Below, piece by piece: positions 37,106 through 47,651 of a DNA stretch of 64,000 nucleotides. The notes under the pieces were generated by a model, which had not been told where the DNA came from, made no database searches, and saw only the letters and a program-made list of their open reading frames with translations. Where the stretch lies: contig OY729426.1 in assembly GCA_963422365.1 (NCBI GenBank), positions 800,001 through 864,000 on the forward strand, in the 5' to 3' direction. A program made the position numbers and the translations under genes. Numbering within the stretch: position 1 is the stretch's first letter; every line of letters begins with the position of its first letter. This stretch comes from Nitrospirales bacterium (GTDB lineage Bacteria > Nitrospirota > Nitrospiria > Nitrospirales > UBA8639).

Positions 37106-38449
37106 TCACTCTCCTGGCACCCGTTCCGGAACGAGAACGAGATGCCAGGGTGTCGCCTCTTCGCTCATGTGTGCAAATTGGCGGGCGGTCAAGCCGTCTG
37201 GCATTCCGGGAAATACGGCTCCGCGTCGGATTCCCACAAACCGGAAGCGGTATGTGATGGATTTCTTTTCTCGAGGAGTTGTGCCCCAAGGGAGGGTCTG
37301 TCGAAGCGGGATCACATCCGACAGGTCACAGTGTTCCCCGATTTTTAGTGAAGAGAGGGCTTGATGAACGTGGCCAAAGATGCAGGGAAGTATTGCTTGG
37401 GAGAACACGACGTCAGCGGGGCGCATGCCGGGATCGTCGACCAGTTGAGCGAGGATTTCCCAAAACACTTCGTCATCAATGGCGGCAAGCACGCCGAGAG
37501 CCCCGCGACGAGCCACAAGATTTAACAGGGCAAGCGGTCCTTGAATCACGAATTTCCAGCGAGGAAACGTCAAGCCCTTCCCCCGATGACTCACTTCCAG
37601 GGCCTCCTCTCCGTGAACGCGAACCGTCCGATAGTCGCCTTTGGTTTTGGTGAGGTGCGAGTGGATGGTGGTTGGTGAGAACCGCGTGGGCTCATAGGCA
37701 AAGGTGGGCGTTGCCGGGGCGTGACAGGTCACCAGGGTGTAATGAGAAAGAAAGTCGCGTTGCGTCGAAAGATCCATCATATCGACGCCGCCCCAAAACC
37801 GGAATTGAAGATGGTCCGGAGCGTGCTGTGCAAATCGGCGAAGACGCTCCGGGCTGGCGTGGTACGCGCCGCCAAATTGTGATCCAGGCTGGAGGCGATC
37901 CAGTGCATGAAGCGTGAGCGCTTTCCGACTGTGTTGAAATGAAGGAAGGTAGTGATCGAGGAATGCTTCTTCAAAGGATAAATCTCCTGCGCCCACATCA
38001 AGTAAGGACGGCTTCTCCACCTGAAGGAGAAGATCATAGGGTGATTGGCCCTGTTTCACGAAGGCTTCAACTTCATGAGGTGTGAGTTCGAGCAACGAAG
38101 TTGCTTCTTCTTGGACGAGAGCAAAATACACACACAACGATCGAATCGCTTTTGTAGGAGGGAGTCCCGTTAATGCTTTGAGCCGCGCCTGGTTTACCCT
38201 ATTCGTGTGACTCGCGGCGGCAGGGTTCGTCACAAGGCTGGCGACTAACCCTTCCTGAAGGGTGCATGGCAATGGGCTGTGTTGGATGCGTTCCATGAGT
38301 TGGCCCAAGGTGTGTGCGAGTTGGGAAGGATGAACCAGTTTCCTGGCACGCTCCCATGCGACAGGATTCGCGTATTTGCTTTTCTTCAGGAGCGTGCGAA
38401 GTTGAGCGGAGTTTTGTGGCGTTGCCGGGGCGTCCGAAGATGCTGGCAT
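37106..38449 (-). CDS. Hypothetical protein with a SAM-binding-like motif; start uncertain (frame open to 38566)
   Basis: Long ORF containing LLDVGAGDLSFE. Confidence 0.6.
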   Translation of the reverse strand: MPASSDAPATPQNSAQLRTLLKKSKYANPVAWERARKLVHPSQLAHTLGQLMERIQHSPLPCTLQEGLVASLVTNPAAASHTNRVNQARLKALTGLPPTKAIRSLCVYFALVQEEATSLLELTPHEVEAFVKQGQSPYDLLLQVEKPSLLDVGAGDLSFEEAFLDHYLPSFQHSRKALTLHALDRLQPGSQFGGAYHASPERLRRFAQHAPDHLQFRFWGGVDMMDLSTQRDFLSHYTLVTCHAPATPTFAYEPTRFSPTTIHSHLTKTKGDYRTVRVHGEEALEVSHRGKGLTFPRWKFVIQGPLALLNLVARRGALGVLAAIDDEVFWEILAQLVDDPGMRPADVVFSQAILPCIFGHVHQALSSLKIGEHCDLSDVIPLRQTLPWGTTPREKKSITYRFRFVGIRRGAVFPGMPDGLTARQFAHMSEEATPWHLVLVPERVPGE

Positions 38450-38557
38450 AGAAGGCGTGCTCGACACGAAGGAATCGTAGCCTTCGGTTTGATAACGCGT
38501 CAAGATTTGACAAATCAACGGGTTGCGGTTGGACACACCCTGTGCTACACCATTCGT

Positions 38558-39532
38558 ATGCTGCAACTCGTCGCTTGCCGTTCAAGCAAAATATTGGCGT
38601 TCGAGGGGCTTGCCTGTGGAGTGCTGTTGGTAACCACGGCCTGTGCCGCAGTCCCCCATCCTGGCAACTATCGAGTTGGTCAGATCATTGATCTGAAACA
38701 GAATGCCACCCTCTCAGACGCAGAATTCCGCTCAATTCTCCAATCGGTTGATGTCATCTATATTGGTGAAGCGCATTACACCCCTTCTCATGTGGCTGCC
38801 GCACTTCAGGTGTTGCAAAGCGTGCTCAGCGGAGGCCGAACACCAATCTTAGGAATGGAAATGTTTAGCTGGGATGGGCAAGCAGGGCTTGATCGTTACC
38901 TCAAGAGAGCGGTAACCTCGACAGAGGATTTTTTGGCCGAATCCCAATGGAAGAACAATTGGGGTGGGAACTATGCGGATTACTCGCCACTTGTCGACTT
39001 TGCGAAAACTCATGGCATACAATTGCTGGGCCTCAATCCGCCTCGTCCTCTTGTCAGGAAAGTGGCGAAACGAGGACTCACAGCAATTGGGAGTGATCCG
39101 GCAGTGCAACGATGGACGACTCCAGTCCCGTTTCCTGCTGACGATCTTGAGTATCGACGAGTCATTTACGAGCAAATTGAACGGTGTCATGCAGGATTGT
39201 CACAAGAGGTCTATCAGAAAATCTATGAAGCTTCCGTCTTTCGCGATGAGGGAATGGCTTCCGTCATTACGACGATGATGAAGGTAGATGCGCCTGAGCC
39301 AACTACCTTTGTCAGTTATACCGGGGCGGGGCATATCCAATATGGGCTTCCTATTCCTAAACGGGTCCAACGGCAATTGGGAGTTCCTGTCAAACACGCG
39401 ACCGTGTATCTCCACGCGCTGGATCCCGAACACCCGGAAGATGTCGAGCATTTGCTCGATGAACACATTGCGGATTATGTGTGGCTCACGGCCTTAGGGC
39501 CTCAAGGGAGACAGCCTCGGTGCGGAGAGTAA
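38558..39532 (+). CDS. ChaN family lipoprotein (haem uptake/Tiki superfamily)
   Basis: Lipobox TTAC, VIYIGEAH, LGMEMF, RDEGMA and GAGHIQYGLPIP motifs. Confidence 0.85.
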   Translation: MLQLVACRSSKILAFEGLACGVLLVTTACAAVPHPGNYRVGQIIDLKQNATLSDAEFRSILQSVDVIYIGEAHYTPSHVAAALQVLQSVLSGGRTPILGMEMFSWDGQAGLDRYLKRAVTSTEDFLAESQWKNNWGGNYADYSPLVDFAKTHGIQLLGLNPPRPLVRKVAKRGLTAIGSDPAVQRWTTPVPFPADDLEYRRVIYEQIERCHAGLSQEVYQKIYEASVFRDEGMASVITTMMKVDAPEPTTFVSYTGAGHIQYGLPIPKRVQRQLGVPVKHATVYLHALDPEHPEDVEHLLDEHIADYVWLTALGPQGRQPRCGE

Positions 39533-39608
39533 GGGCGTCTCGTATCCGTCAAAGAACGAGCTTGAAAACGCGAGTCGTCTTCACGAAGAAAACTCAAGGA
39601 GGGAAAAA

Positions 39609-39854
39609 ATGGGAGACCCAGTGATGATTGCGCAACGGATGCCCTATGTGCTGGAGATGGAGCCCGGCAAATATTATTGGTGTCGGTGTGGCCGATCCCA
39701 GACTCAACCTTTTTGCGATGGTTCACACACGGGCACGGAACACTCCCCTGTGGAAGTCGAACTCACTGAGAAAAAACGGGTGGCATGGTGTGGATGTAAG
39801 CAGACGAACAAGCAGCCATTTTGTGATGGAACCCACTCCCACCTTGAAGAATAA
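39609..39854 (+). CDS. CDGSH iron-sulfur protein (two motifs)
   Basis: WCRCGRSQTQPFCDGSH and WCGCKQTNKQPFCDGTH. Confidence 0.95.
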   Translation: MGDPVMIAQRMPYVLEMEPGKYYWCRCGRSQTQPFCDGSHTGTEHSPVEVELTEKKRVAWCGCKQTNKQPFCDGTHSHLEE

Positions 39855-39968
39855 TTTTGGAGTAAGCAGGCCTTGCCTCTTTCATGAGAGTTTTTATATA
39901 ATTTTACCATTATATGCTCGAATGGAATCACCCAGACATGTATTCTGCTTGAGAAGGAGGATGAGACA

Positions 39969-40142
39969 ATGAAGAAAACCATGCAAGGGATTCTTGGTAC
40001 GGCTTTCATGGTTTTGGGAACATCCCCTGTCTATGCCAATGAACCAGGGGGCGGATATGAAGGCATCACCACCATGTACTATGCGATAATCGGCCTTATT
40101 CTTGCCTATGGTGTGTGGGATATTTTCTTCAAAAAGGACTAA
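39969..40142 (+). CDS. 57-aa small protein (signal peptide plus one TM), absent from the ORF track
   Basis: AAGGAGG RBS; MKKTMQGILGTAFMVLGTSPVYANEPGGGYEGITTMYYAIIGLILAYGVWDIFFKKD; followed by a terminator. Confidence 0.75.
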   Translation: MKKTMQGILGTAFMVLGTSPVYANEPGGGYEGITTMYYAIIGLILAYGVWDIFFKKD

Positions 40143-40158
40143 CGCGTCTCCGAATGTT

Positions 40159-40206
40159 GCCCCCTTTCAGGCCCTACCCGTGGTGTGAAAGGGGGCGGTC
40201 TTTTTT
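40159..40206 (+). terminator. Intrinsic terminator-like hairpin
   Basis: GCCCCCTTTCA...TGAAAGGGGGC then TTTTTT, between convergent genes. Confidence 0.7.
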
Positions 40207-41020
40207 ACTTTTCTCGACCCAACGAGGAAGTGGGGCCTTCCTTCTTGAGTAACGGTTCGATCACTTTAAAAACCGTGTGTGCGACAATCCGATACCCTTC
40301 TGCGGTGGGATGGATGCCGTCAGCTTGGTTCAATTCTTTCTGAGCCGCCACTCCTTCAAGAAAAAAGGGAATCAACGTGACCGAATGGTCTCGGGCTAAA
40401 CGCTCGAACAGAGATGCAAATCCTGTGGTATAGGCTAGGCCATAATTCGGAGGAATCTTCATCCCTGCCAAGACCACCTCGACGCCTGCTTCCTGTAAGC
40501 CTTCGATGATTTTTGTTAAATTCGAAGCCATGAGAGACAAGGGCTGTCCCCGTAAGGCGTCGTTTGCGCCCAATTCCACAATCACAATTGACGGCTGGTT
40601 TTTGAGAATCCAAGTGAGGCGGCGCAACCCGCCCGTCGTTGTCTCACCACTCACGCCGGCATTAATGACTTCATAGTGATACCCTTCTTCATGCAGATGA
40701 TTTTGCAGGTGAGCAGGGTACGATTGGTCAGGAGAAACCCCAAGGCCGGCGGAGAGACTATTCCCAAACGCCACTATTCGTGGGGAGCCTGCTAAACCGA
40801 GACCTTGCGAAGGAGCACTCGAAAAGGTAGAAGACGCGACGTTATGTGCAGATTGCGTGTCATCTAGCGGCAGAGCGGGTTCCTTGGTGTCACATCCTCC
40901 CACCACTGACATGAGCAAGAGCCCATAGACGGCTAGCCGGAGCCAACTTCCTAATTGGCCAGCGAAGCGGTGGGTTGCGAAACGGCGAAGAACCTCAGGG
41001 CCATAGGTGTCTGAAGCCAT
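40205..41020 (-). CDS. tesA: Arylesterase/acyl-CoA thioesterase I (SGNH, TesA-like); start uncertain
   Basis: FGNSLSAG, NAGVSGETT, ELGANDALRG and DGIHP motifs; divergent from the ybbA-like gene. Confidence 0.85.
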   Translation of the reverse strand: MASDTYGPEVLRRFATHRFAGQLGSWLRLAVYGLLLMSVVGGCDTKEPALPLDDTQSAHNVASSTFSSAPSQGLGLAGSPRIVAFGNSLSAGLGVSPDQSYPAHLQNHLHEEGYHYEVINAGVSGETTTGGLRRLTWILKNQPSIVIVELGANDALRGQPLSLMASNLTKIIEGLQEAGVEVVLAGMKIPPNYGLAYTTGFASLFERLARDHSVTLIPFFLEGVAAQKELNQADGIHPTAEGYRIVAHTVFKVIEPLLKKEGPTSSLGREK

Positions 41021-41078
41021 CGTGTAGAAGAGCCTGCTTTGATGAAGGTTGTCCAATGAGGAAAAAATTTTTCAGGCT

Positions 41079-41756
41079 ATGATCCGCGTTGAGAATCTGA
41101 CCATGCAACTCTATGGCGGCGGCCATGTGGTGCCCATCCTCAAGGGGTTGAGCTTTGAGGTCCCGCGCAAGCAAATGGTGTCCATTGTCGGCCCATCGGG
41201 GAGTGGAAAATCTACCTTACTGGGGCTTTTGGCTGGATTGGATAAACCCACCGCTGGCTCCATTCAGTTGAACGGCCAGGAGATCACGACGTGGACAGAG
41301 TCTCAACTGGCTCACTTTCGACGTCAAACCATTGGGTATCTTTTTCAGTCGTTTCATCTCATCCCAACCCTGACGGCCCTGGAAAATGTCTCACTTCCTT
41401 TGGAACTGAGTGGCGATTGGTCTGCGAGCGCTCGCGCCCAGAACTTGTTGGAAGCCGTGGGGCTACAAGACCGGCAGAGGCACTATCCCACTCAACTCTC
41501 CGGAGGTGAGCAGCAGCGCGTCGCGCTGGCTCGCGCCTTTTCCTGCCGTCCTCCCATCTTGCTGGCGGACGAGCCGACTGGGAATTTAGACAGTTCGACC
41601 GGGCAACTCGTGATTGATTTGTTGCTCAGACTCCATCGCGATCAGGGTAGCACATTGATCCTCGTCACGCACGACCCCACACTCGCCGAGCAAACGGAGA
41701 GAATCATCACGCTTCACGATGGCACGACTGTGTCAGATACGCTGATTCGTTCTTAG
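41079..41756 (+). CDS. ybbA: ABC transporter ATP-binding protein (YbbA/LolD-like)
   Basis: [23 protein letters not shown] and [11 protein letters not shown] motifs. Confidence 0.85.
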   Translation: MIRVENLTMQLYGGGHVVPILKGLSFEVPRKQMVSIVGPSGSGKSTLLGLLAGLDKPTAGSIQLNGQEITTWTESQLAHFRRQTIGYLFQSFHLIPTLTALENVSLPLELSGDWSASARAQNLLEAVGLQDRQRHYPTQLSGGEQQRVALARAFSCRPPILLADEPTGNLDSSTGQLVIDLLLRLHRDQGSTLILVTHDPTLAEQTERIITLHDGTTVSDTLIRS

Positions 41757-41759
41757 CTC

Positions 41760-44429
41760 ATGCCGCACACACGATTACCGGTTTCGTTCCTGATGGCGTG
41801 GAGGGAGATCCGAGGCGGCTGGCGTCAGTTTGTCTTCTTCTTGGCATGTTTGGCCGTCGGCGTCGGCGCAGTGGTGGGCATTGAATTGTTTGCAACGAAT
41901 GTCGAAACCCTCATTCTCCGCGATGCGAGAAGTCTCTTGGGTGGCGATGTCGAAATTCGTGTGGCCCATCAGTTAAGTGAATCCGGGAGAGAGAGGGTAG
42001 GTGCGCTCCAGGAGCGCAACATAGAGGTCACGCACGTGAGGGAACTCGTGGCTATGGCGGCTGTGTGTGTTGCAGAGCCTCAGGAAGAGACCGGCGCGCC
42101 ATCGACACAGGTCGTTGAACTCAAGGCCGTTGAAGCACGTTACCCGTTGTATGGGAACGTGGGACTGATCCCTCATCAGCCGCTCCATTCGTCGCTGACA
42201 CCCATCGAATCGTCCTGTCCCTCACGCCCCTGCTTCGGCGCCGTGGTTCAAGAATCCTTACTGATCAGTCTTGGGATTCAGCTTCACGATCACATCAAGA
42301 TCGGACAAGCCTGTTTTGCCGTGACGGGGCTCCTCATCAAAGAGCCGGATCGCGTGGCCACGGCCTTTCGCTTGGGTCCACGAGTCCTTCTTTCTCGGCA
42401 AGCATTAGGAGCGACGGATCTGGTGAAGCGGGGAAGCCGCATTCGTGAGCGCTACTTGCTTCGCGTTCCGGAATCACTTGCCCTTGGCCCTCTCAGGGGA
42501 GAGCTGCAAGGACGACTTGGCCCGGAGGGAGCCAAGGTCTCATCGTATCGTGACGCCCAACCGCGCATTCGGAGATTTTTAGATCAGCTGACCACCTATT
42601 TGGGACTCATCGGCCTGACCGCACTGTTTGTGGGTGGAATCGGTATTGCCTGCACCATTCACGGATTCGTGAGACACAAACTCACGACCGTGGCGATTCT
42701 GAAAGCATTGGGGGCTGACACCGGACTGCTTATGAGGGTGTATCTGTTACAGAGTGTCTTCATGGGGTGCCTGGGCAGTCTAGGAGGCGTGGCGTTAGGG
42801 ATTGGGCTGCAAAGGCTGTTGCCTGTGCTCTTTGGTGAACTCATTCCACTTGCTCTCAGCAATGAGGTCCCCGTGTTGCCTCTCAGTAAAGGCCTGCTTG
42901 TGGGGGTGTCGACGGCACTCTGTTTTACGATTTGGCCGTTACTCACGATCAGAGAGATCCCGCCGGCGTTGGTCTTTCGGCGCGATGTAGAGCAGCATCA
43001 TACTCCGATCCAAACAGGTTCAGGTTTCAGACTGATGTGGGACGCGTTGATAGAGGTCGTGCGAGATCGCCATCGGCTTGGCACAGCCTTGCTGATGGGG
43101 TTCGGCCTCACCGTCTTGGCCATGTGGCAAGCGCGATCACTCATGTTGGGGGTGCTCTTTATCATTGCTTTTGGATCTGCCGTGGTTCTGCTTCAGGGTG
43201 GTGCGTGGGTGTTGCTCCAGGGTCTACGAAAACTCCCTCGTCCCCGTTCATTTGTGATCAGGCAAGCGCTGGGCAACGTGCAACGCCCCGGCAACTCTAC
43301 TCGGGGCATGGCGGTGGCGATTGGGATTGGCGTGATGGTCATCGTGACGGTCGCGCTGGTGAAATCGTCGTTGCTCGTCGCCATTGGAGAACGCATTCCA
43401 GAAGATGCCCCGACTTTTTTCTTCATTGATATTCAACCGGATCAGAAAGAACAGTTTGAACGGGTCGTGCAACGGGAAGCCCTCAATCCTGTTTATGAGC
43501 TCACCCCTGTCGTCCGGTCGCGGTTGGGAGCGATTGAAGGACGTGTGATTGATCCCGAAGAACACAAAGGTCAACAGAATGGATGGTACTTCACCCGAGC
43601 GTATGTGCTCACGTCGCTCTCAACGCTTCCCGAAGATAATATCGTGGTGAAAGGGCAATGGTGGTCGACTGATGCAGAAGACGTGAAGAAGGGCGATCAG
43701 AACAAGCAGGGATTCCCCATTCACGTGTCGGTTGAGGAAGAAGCTGCTAAAAATCTTGGCGTGGATCTGGGATCCACGCTGACGTTCGATATACAAGGGA
43801 CTTCCTTGCCCGCCGTCGTCGAAAGCACGAGGAAGGTTGATTGGGGAAGTTTCTCCACAAACTTTTTCATGATTCTGTCACCTGGAGCCCTGGATGGCGC
43901 GCCGATGACCTACATTGCTACGGCCAAGGTCGAACCTGAAGATGAAATGCCGCTTCAGCAAGCCCTCGTGCGAGCCCTTCCCAACGTCACAGCGATCAAG
44001 ATCGGGGACGTGCTCGCCAACGTGGAGAGGTTGCTCGAACAGTTGGCCTGGGCCATTCAAGGAATTGCCCTGTTGTGTATGGCGAGCGGAGCGGTCGTCA
44101 TGACCGCGGCGTTAGCTTCGACACGGTATCGTCGTCTGTATGAGTCCGCCATTCTCAAAGCGATCGGCGGGACGAGACAGATTGTCGTGGCATCATTCGC
44201 CGTGGAGTTTGCCCTGATTGGGGGATTGGCGGGTCTGATTGGCGTGGGGGTGGCCAGCGGGCTTTCCTGGGCTATTCTGTATTTTTTCTTGGACCTTGCC
44301 TGGACCGTTCAACCCATGGTGCTTGGCTGTGGGCTGCTGGCCACCGTGGGACTCGCCGTGGTGGTCGGGTTTCTGAGCACCTTTAAGATTCTCGGGGAAT
44401 CGCCGCTGGCGGTATTGCGGCAAGAATAG
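41760..44429 (+). CDS. ybbP: ABC transporter permease (YbbP/FtsX-like)
   Basis: AWREIRGG, LLGGD, FFFIDIQPDQ, RKVDW..FSTNFFMI and C-terminal PLAVLRQE. Confidence 0.85.
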   Translation: MPHTRLPVSFLMAWREIRGGWRQFVFFLACLAVGVGAVVGIELFATNVETLILRDARSLLGGDVEIRVAHQLSESGRERVGALQERNIEVTHVRELVAMAAVCVAEPQEETGAPSTQVVELKAVEARYPLYGNVGLIPHQPLHSSLTPIESSCPSRPCFGAVVQESLLISLGIQLHDHIKIGQACFAVTGLLIKEPDRVATAFRLGPRVLLSRQALGATDLVKRGSRIRERYLLRVPESLALGPLRGELQGRLGPEGAKVSSYRDAQPRIRRFLDQLTTYLGLIGLTALFVGGIGIACTIHGFVRHKLTTVAILKALGADTGLLMRVYLLQSVFMGCLGSLGGVALGIGLQRLLPVLFGELIPLALSNEVPVLPLSKGLLVGVSTALCFTIWPLLTIREIPPALVFRRDVEQHHTPIQTGSGFRLMWDALIEVVRDRHRLGTALLMGFGLTVLAMWQARSLMLGVLFIIAFGSAVVLLQGGAWVLLQGLRKLPRPRSFVIRQALGNVQRPGNSTRGMAVAIGIGVMVIVTVALVKSSLLVAIGERIPEDAPTFFFIDIQPDQKEQFERVVQREALNPVYELTPVVRSRLGAIEGRVIDPEEHKGQQNGWYFTRAYVLTSLSTLPEDNIVVKGQWWSTDAEDVKKGDQNKQGFPIHVSVEEEAAKNLGVDLGSTLTFDIQGTSLPAVVESTRKVDWGSFSTNFFMILSPGALDGAPMTYIATAKVEPEDEMPLQQALVRALPNVTAIKIGDVLANVERLLEQLAWAIQGIALLCMASGAVVMTAALASTRYRRLYESAILKAIGGTRQIVVASFAVEFALIGGLAGLIGVGVASGLSWAILYFFLDLAWTVQPMVLGCGLLATVGLAVVVGFLSTFKILGESPLAVLRQE

Positions 44430-44717
44430 AAAACGGTTAAGTCTCTCTCTATCCCCAGGGGTGTCGGTAGGGTGTGCTGGTGAGGAGAGGGCAAGCAGAA
44501 AGGTGAAGATGACGAAATGATTGCCGCAGTTCCGGTCGTTATTGCTCGCTGGCACGCTTTACGAATGAAACAAGATAGGGTTCTTTGTTATTCACCGATA
44601 CGAATGATGATAGCATTGGCCAACGGGCCTCTGATATTTTGTCTTCTGGTAAGGCTGACTCACAAAGGGAATGGGTGAAGCGTCACATCGTCTTGCATGC
44701 TTTAGGAGGAAGGACAC

Positions 44718-45656
44718 ATGTTGAAAAAATTGACCAACCAGTTTTTGATAATCGTTTGCTCTGCATGGCTTGCCCTTCTACCAGGCTGTGCCGGCACGCA
44801 GCCTCAATATTCGGATGCGGCGATGCAGGAGAGGACGGCAACAGGCGTTGCGGTCAAGCCGAGCGAAATGGGGCGTGCCATGACGCCATCGGTGGAATAT
44901 ATACGCATCAAAATGGAAAGGAGTATTTTCCTGGATCCCCCTGAAGGGAATACGGATCTCTATCTGCGTGTACGAGATACCTCCGGACGAGACTGGGGTA
45001 TCCCGATAGAAGATCTTGTCGCTCAAGAAGTGACTCGCAATGGCTTTCATGTGGTACGTCACGCCCGTGAGGCAGCGTATGCTCTCAATGTGAATGTCTT
45101 GTTTGCGGATGAGGCGTCCGCGGCGGAAATGGCACGACTGGATGAAACCCAATATGGCCAAAGTATCACCGGTATCGTAGGAACGGCATTGGCTGGAGCG
45201 GCACTTGGTGCGGGGGGGGCGGCACTTGCCGGTGGCGATACGACAGGGATTGCCGCTGGTGCCGCCGCCGGGGCTGTCGTGGGAGGAGTCGCGAACGCAT
45301 TGTATAACAGTCAACGCAACGAATTACTGCAAGCCCAGCAAGAAACGAAGTTTTTCTCTCTTGTTGCAGATATTGAGGTCCGTGAACGTACTACGGGTGA
45401 CACGGTCAAACGAACCGGCAAGACCCGTATGACAGCCAATCAGCGTGCAGGCTCCCAGGCTGATCTTGCCGATAACCGGGATGGGGGCGGCGAACGGATC
45501 GAGAGGACAGAAGTAGAAACTTTTTCAGAAGAAAGTACGTGGAAGCGATACCGGACCCGCCTCACTGGCAGCGCGAAGGGCAAGTTAGTCGTCTTTAAGG
45601 ACGTTGAGCATGACTTTGCTGTCAAGATGGCCAAGTCTATAGGGGGATTATTTTAA
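44718..45656 (+). CDS. TraT (complement resistance)-like lipoprotein
   Basis: Lipobox LPGC, MERSIFLDP, LYLRVRDTS, AAYALNVNVL, glycine zipper and LVADIEVRER; AGGAGG RBS. Confidence 0.75.
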   Translation: MLKKLTNQFLIIVCSAWLALLPGCAGTQPQYSDAAMQERTATGVAVKPSEMGRAMTPSVEYIRIKMERSIFLDPPEGNTDLYLRVRDTSGRDWGIPIEDLVAQEVTRNGFHVVRHAREAAYALNVNVLFADEASAAEMARLDETQYGQSITGIVGTALAGAALGAGGAALAGGDTTGIAAGAAAGAVVGGVANALYNSQRNELLQAQQETKFFSLVADIEVRERTTGDTVKRTGKTRMTANQRAGSQADLADNRDGGGERIERTEVETFSEESTWKRYRTRLTGSAKGKLVVFKDVEHDFAVKMAKSIGGLF

Positions 45657-45693
45657 CCAAGTATAACAGGACGAATGCTGATAAAAGAGAAAC

Positions 45694-46101
45694 ATGATTG
45701 CAAGCAATAGACTCATCTATGGACTTTTTCTGGTTGTTTGTGTTGGGTGTGGAGCAGGAACGTCTTATCAACGGGGTTCTTGGATACATTCAAACAGTGA
45801 GTCCGACTGGGATATCGACTCTGCGGTTTGCTTGGGACAATCAGACACCGTAACCGAAGAAGACGAGAGAGCCATAAAAAGCATAAAAGAACGTGCTCGG
45901 GATCTCAAAAGTGCAGCAACGACGATTACTCGATCTGTCGATCAGACTATTTCAAGAGAGGCAGATCTCGCTTTGGTCGTCTTGTCGGGGCTGATAAGCT
46001 TTCGTGGTAATTTTGATGAGCAAACGGCTGACGAGAAGGTTCGGGAAAATAAATTTTCTTCTTGTATGGCTGAAAAAGGCTGGGAACATCCTGATCCCTG
46101 A
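45694..46101 (+). CDS. Hypothetical lipoprotein
   Basis: Lipobox-like CVGC; D...C ... CMAEKGW pattern. Confidence 0.65.
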   Translation: MIASNRLIYGLFLVVCVGCGAGTSYQRGSWIHSNSESDWDIDSAVCLGQSDTVTEEDERAIKSIKERARDLKSAATTITRSVDQTISREADLALVVLSGLISFRGNFDEQTADEKVRENKFSSCMAEKGWEHPDP

Positions 46102-46197
46102 GTCATTGCCCTTTGGACTAAGCATACTGAAAAAAGGTTGCAGAAAAGAGCAGAACGTGTTGTTCGCGCATGTGAACGAGTCCGCCGTTCTCAACCT

Positions 46198-46319
46198 TTC
46201 AACCCATGGTGCTTGGTTGGGGGCTGCTGGAGACCGTAGGACTTGCCGTGGCAGTAGGGTTTTGAAGTACCTTTGAAATGCTCGGTGAATCGCCGCTGGC
46301 GGTATTGAGGCAGGAATAA
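46198..46319 (+). repeat. Diverged duplicate of the ybbP 3' end (44308..44429), containing an in-frame stop
   Basis: 122-bp gap-free match, about 20 mismatches by hand count; encodes QPMVLGWGLLETVGLAVAVGF*STFEMLGESPLAVLRQE*. Confidence 0.9.
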
Positions 46320-46466
46320 GGAAATTAAATCTGTAATCAACTGTGATTTAATAAAACGTAAAACTTATGAGTCATTAGATTTGTGATTTGCGTTTAGATG
46401 GATTTGTTCAAACAGGACGATATACAGTGAAGCCCAGCCTTCACTCGTAGGTGTGGCTGTTGACTT

Positions 46467-46922
46467 TTATTTCAGAGAGGGATTTGGTGGTATTGAATGC
46501 GCATCAATTCCAAAGTTCTGGGGTCTCGGAACAGATCCATAAACAGGGGGATGGATGGAAGCTATCTTGCCATCGGGATTGTAGGTAATTTCATAGGTAA
46601 TATCCCTTCCTTCGTTTGCCTCCATTATGGTCCCAGCAATTTCCCATAGTCCTAGAGTCGCTAGGTCCATGACTAAGTGGGCAGCAGCTATTCCTGGTCT
46701 GCTTTTATTCCCTTCTTCTAGCACGTATGTATCAACTATCCTTCCATCCTCCCTGGCTTCTGAAGATTTCGGATCGCCAAAACTCGCAAGGATCGCCTCA
46801 CGCGGAGTTCCTTCTTTCAGGAGAGAGTAGTTATATTCTTCACCGCCGTCCGCAGCCATGAACACGCTGCAGCCCGTGAGCCACAGCAAGATCAGCACTA
46901 GAGATAGCACTCGCATTGTCAC
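46467..46922 (-). CDS. Hypothetical lipoprotein, intact paralog of 17991..18408
   Basis: Lipobox LTGC-SVFMA; MDLATLGLWE. Confidence 0.75.
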   Translation of the reverse strand: MTMRVLSLVLILLWLTGCSVFMAADGGEEYNYSLLKEGTPREAILASFGDPKSSEAREDGRIVDTYVLEEGNKSRPGIAAAHLVMDLATLGLWEIAGTIMEANEGRDITYEITYNPDGKIASIHPPVYGSVPRPQNFGIDAHSIPPNPSLK

Positions 46923-47123
46923 ATCCTTTGGAACTTAGATATTCGTACTCTGTTACTCAAAGCAGGTTCTTTAGAAAGATTATATGTTTTCCTAGAACCG
47001 ATAAATATAAATCCCTCGAATTTAACGTAAGACGGCTCCGACCAAGAGTTTTCATCAGGAGTATCTGTAGTTTGCTACTCTCAAATTGGCGAGTTTTAAA
47101 AGCCGGTCAGCACACACGACATA

Positions 47124-47651
47124 CTACTTCATCAGGGACACAATAATCTTGTTCACCACTTCTCTTATGGCATCTTCCATTTCACTTTCACCGGAAAATG
47201 GATGTGACGCCGACTCACCGGAAGCAGTAAATGTCATAATTGAATTTTCTGACGACTTCTCGAATACCTCAACCCGAACACTGAGCTCATTGGCACCTGC
47301 CAATACACCAAACATAATCCTGGCACCCATGGAAACTTGATCGGCGACATTCACATGTACGCGAATGTAATATTTTGCAGGGTTACCCTCATGCACCACT
47401 TGTTTAAAGACGCCATCGCTCACTAAACGCCCAAATAATTGACCTCGGAGGTTGAGAATTGTTTCCCGCAAATCTTCATCAGGTTGGAGAGCCTTACCTG
47501 GAACAACTTCTAAAACTGCCGTCGCGTTGTGGTCAATGCGTGCTGTATCCTTAAGAGGTTGCAGTATTTTCATGTGTCCACTAGAGGAACATGCGGGCAA
47601 AAAGACTAAGACGAGACCAAAGAACAACAGCATGGTCATTCTTTTTGTCAT
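47124..47651 (-). CDS. Lipoprotein, DUF4410-like
   Basis: Lipobox LPAC; GARIMFGVLAGANELSVRV; GAGGAGAGG RBS. Confidence 0.7.
   Translation of the reverse strand: MTKRMTMLLFFGLVLVFLPACSSSGHMKILQPLKDTARIDHNATAVLEVVPGKALQPDEDLRETILNLRGQLFGRLVSDGVFKQVVHEGNPAKYYIRVHVNVADQVSMGARIMFGVLAGANELSVRVEVFEKSSENSIMTFTASGESASHPFSGESEMEDAIREVVNKIIVSLMK

Noticed and set aside
38279..38557. Long N-terminal extension of the ChaN ORF
   Set aside because: Overlaps the divergent gene; the lipobox position favours a start at or after 38558
44718..45656. Conjugative element implied by the TraT-like gene
   Set aside because: No other tra/trb, relaxase or coupling-protein genes; stand-alone chromosomal TraT-like genes occur
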